Shown here piece by piece: positions 62,268-64,000 of a stretch of 64,000 nt of DNA. The position numbers and the translations under genes were made by a program. Source of the stretch: an uncultured Eubacteriales bacterium. GTDB taxonomy: Bacteria > Bacillota > Clostridia > Monoglobales > CAYZNM01. A model generated the notes under the pieces. That model had not been told where the DNA came from. It was given only the letters and a program-made list of their open reading frames with translations, and did no database searches. The stretch lies in NCBI GenBank assembly GCA_964479875.1, contig CAYZNM010000006.1, positions 4,565 through 68,564 on the forward strand. Direction: 5' to 3'. Numbering within the stretch: position 1 is the first letter of the stretch; the number at the start of each line of letters is the position of its first letter.

Positions 62268-62824
62268 TTAAGGGGGTATATACACTTTATTGAGAATATT
62301 TCGCTCTTTCTTTTTATCACTTCTCCATAGGACTATCCCTCCGTTAACAGTTCCGTAAAATCCAATATCGTATTTTGGATTTAAGGACTTGGGGATTAAA
62401 GATTTTGGCGAGATAACTCCGCTAGTCCCAGTATGTTTGCCCACTATTTCAATACTTCCTAACAAAGGACCACCACCGCCACCTATTGATACAGAAGTAT
62501 ATGATGGGTTCAAATAGTCATCTAGTGTCATATCCTCAAATTGACATATTGTGACGCCTGCAGAGCCTCCGACCCCCCTCCTATACTTCCGCCCAAAACC
62601 AATGCTGTGTTACCCTGACTATCTTTTACAAGTTGTATATTTCCTCCGCCATACACTCCAAGACCAACAGAAACTCCCAGCGAAACAACAGTCACTCTAT
62701 TAACATTTTCTGAGTTTTTGCCTGTGGGGTTATAGTTAGCATCAATGCCTTTGCCGAGCGCAGTTGTGATGTGTGCAGTTTCTTTTGCGCCGAATGTGCC
62801 TTTGAACAGTCCGCTGATTCCACC
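62268..62824 (-). pseudogene. start-less, frameshifted glycine-rich module (orphan C-terminal cassette?)
   Basis: The frame opens right after a TGA at 62825-62827 with no start codon: GGISGLFKGTFGAKETAH...LGGSIGGG. It shifts frame at a G6 run (C6 on the plus strand, 62573-62578) into VGGSAGVTICQFEDMTLDDY...KVYIPP (track ORF 62268-62531). One extra G restores a 185-codon frame. Confidence 0.6.
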
Positions 62825-62829
62825 TCACA

Positions 62830-63529
62830 TTATATCACCGGCTTTCTTAGAGTGTCAAGGAAGTTAGGGAACGAAATTACCTGTATTCCTGCGTCCTTGA
62901 TTGGGTCAAAAATGTAGTCGGGGGCTGTGCTGTAGACTACGATTGTTTCGGGGGAGATTGTTTCTGCCATTTTGTACAGCCCTCCTATGAAATAAAATAG
63001 GTTGGCTTTGTCACGCAAGCTGCCGTAGGTGCTTACAGCGACCGTGCAGCCCGTCAGGCACGCAGCTCGCCAGTGGCGAGCGGTTTTGCGTGCAGCCTTG
63101 GGGTATGCCCTCGAATGCAAAGGCGTAGGTGCGCTCGTCGCCCCAACGAATGTTGGGGATTACGTTTTGCCCTTTGCTTTGCAGCCAATATGCTAATACG
63201 CGGCTGCGATATGTGTTGTATATCTGCATAGCCAGCGGCATGTCGCGGTATAGGCTGAAGTCAGGCGATATTACGCCCTCGAATCGGCATAGCAAGTTTT
63301 CGTATTGCTTAGGTTTGTTCCACACGCACTCGAACTTGCAGTCGTGCAGGTAGAAGTGAATCCATTGCGCGAAATCCTGCGTGCGCGCCGCTCTGTCGAT
63401 GGGCAGCAGTCTGTTTGGGACTGCCGCGCACCTTTGCAGAATGGGAAATTCGTGCGTGTCACTGAATTGTGCGCCTTGCGTTAGCTCGGAATTAAATACG
63501 TTGTACGCTTTTTCTGCGATGTTTGTCAT
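62830..63529 (-). pseudogene. DUF4417-like gene disrupted by a 46-bp insertion
   Basis: ATG at 63529 (GGAGGT RBS). ...WIHFYLHDCKFECVWNKPKQYENLLCRFEGVISPDFSLYRDMPLAMQIYNTYRSRVLAYWLQSKGQNVIPNIRWGDE resembles DUF4417. The frame breaks at 63043-63097. Track ORFs 63011-63619 and 62830-63120 are the two halves, and removing 46 bp gives 654 nt in frame. Confidence 0.7.
63043..63097. mobile_element. 37-bp hairpin-containing insert flanked by 9-bp direct repeats (CGTGCAGCC) inside the DUF4417-like gene
   Basis: Direct repeats at 63043-63051 and 63089-63097. Insert 63052-63088 contains the perfect hairpin GCTCGCC-AGT-GGCGAGC (63065-63081). Its nature is unknown: a footprint or a miniature element. Confidence 0.45.
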
Positions 63530-63686
63530 TTGACCTCCGTTTCGTTTGATGTTGCTGTAATGTGATATATTATACCATAAATGTTGTAATTTGTCAACGT
63601 ATGTTCTGTTTTGTCGCATTGTGATTCACATGTTGATGGGTTTTATCGCACGAAAAAAGCCACACGTTTGTGCGGCTTGGGTGGTG

Positions 63687-64000
63687 TTACCATTTGTCGA
63701 CTTTTAGGAATTCTTCTATGTCGTTGAGGTTGATGTAGATGGTTTCATCCCATTCTCGCTTGTATATTCCATATATTGCCAAATATCCCGGAATTAGATA
63801 AAATGAGCATTTTTTGTTGTACTCCTCCAGCACCGACCCAATGTCGAGGTCGCATTGCGCGAGCAGTTCTTTTACATAGTCAACACTCAGTCCGTTTAAC
63901 ACTCCGTTAGTGATAGCTAAAGATTTTTCTACACCCTCTTCATTCATCGCCTGGGTATAATAAAGTGATGAATCGTATATTTTCCCGCTGTTTTTGATAA
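63687..64000 (-). CDS. hypothetical protein, 5' end probably outside window
   Basis: The track ORF starts at the ATG at 63947, but that frame stays open to the window edge (...IKNSGKIYDSSLYYTQAMNEEGVEK...) and no RBS precedes the ATG. No recognised domain. A hairpin (63655-63680 region) follows the stop. Confidence 0.5.
   Translation of the reverse strand, partial: IKNSGKIYDSSLYYTQAMNEEGVEKSLAITNGVLNGLSVDYVKELLAQCDLDIGSVLEEYNKKCSFYLIPGYLAIYGIYKREWDETIYINLNDIEEFLKVDKW

Noticed and set aside
63944-64000. Alternative frame at the window edge ending in ...LSKTAGKYTIHHFIIPRR-TGA, overlapping the ATG at 63947 (ATGA). This would suggest a toxin C-terminus coupled to a downstream immunity gene.
   Set aside because: Only 18 codons are visible, and the frame of the 63687-63947 ORF is equally open to the window edge. 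The two readings cannot be distinguished without upstream sequence, so this is not called as a feature.

Overview
The window looks like a chromosomal segment of an endospore-forming Firmicute, probably a Clostridia-class organism. Support: an alpha/beta-type SASP gene, yunB, and the conserved gene orders asp23-yloV-recG, dprA-topA, infC-rpmI-rplT, cdaA-cdaR-glmM and recA-recX. GC content is moderate by eye and was not computed. Most of the 64 kb is densely packed housekeeping DNA: prfB (3' end), prfA, tsaC, ileS, thiS/thiG, proA, alr, pgsA, rimO, recX, recA, cysK, glyA, serC, serA, rsmA, fhs, tsaE, recG, topA, dprA, a trkA/trkH-type K+ uptake pair, ruvC, glmM and one tRNA-Arg(ACG). Small AT-rich accessory inserts sit between these genes. 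(1) Four toxin-antitoxin-like modules: HicAB fused by overlaps into glyA-cysK, a RelE-like toxin-first pair after serA, a Gp49/HigB-HTH pair, and a Panacea (DUF4065) antitoxin-like gene paired with an uncharacterised 291-aa coiled-coil/3-TM protein directly downstream of tRNA-Arg. I rate the last one the best candidate for a new system. (2) A decaying islet at 61.2-64.0 kb with three adjacent genes inactivated in three different ways: a nonsense codon, a homopolymer frameshift, and a 46-bp insertion with a 9-bp target duplication. (3) Two paralogous sortase-type surface proteins with a non-canonical VPYTGD signal and a shared C-terminal module. (4) An XRE-type three-operator bidirectional switch inserted between prfA and tsaC. 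(5) At least three families of intergenic repeats: GGGCG..CGCCCCTACA REP-like hairpins, a roughly 95-bp element with 14-bp terminal inverted repeats in three copies, and hairpins whose arms are tandem heptamers enclosing a mini-terminator. No CRISPR array, rRNA, transposase or integrase was found. All functional calls rest on reading the translated ORFs and recognising motifs. No database search was run.
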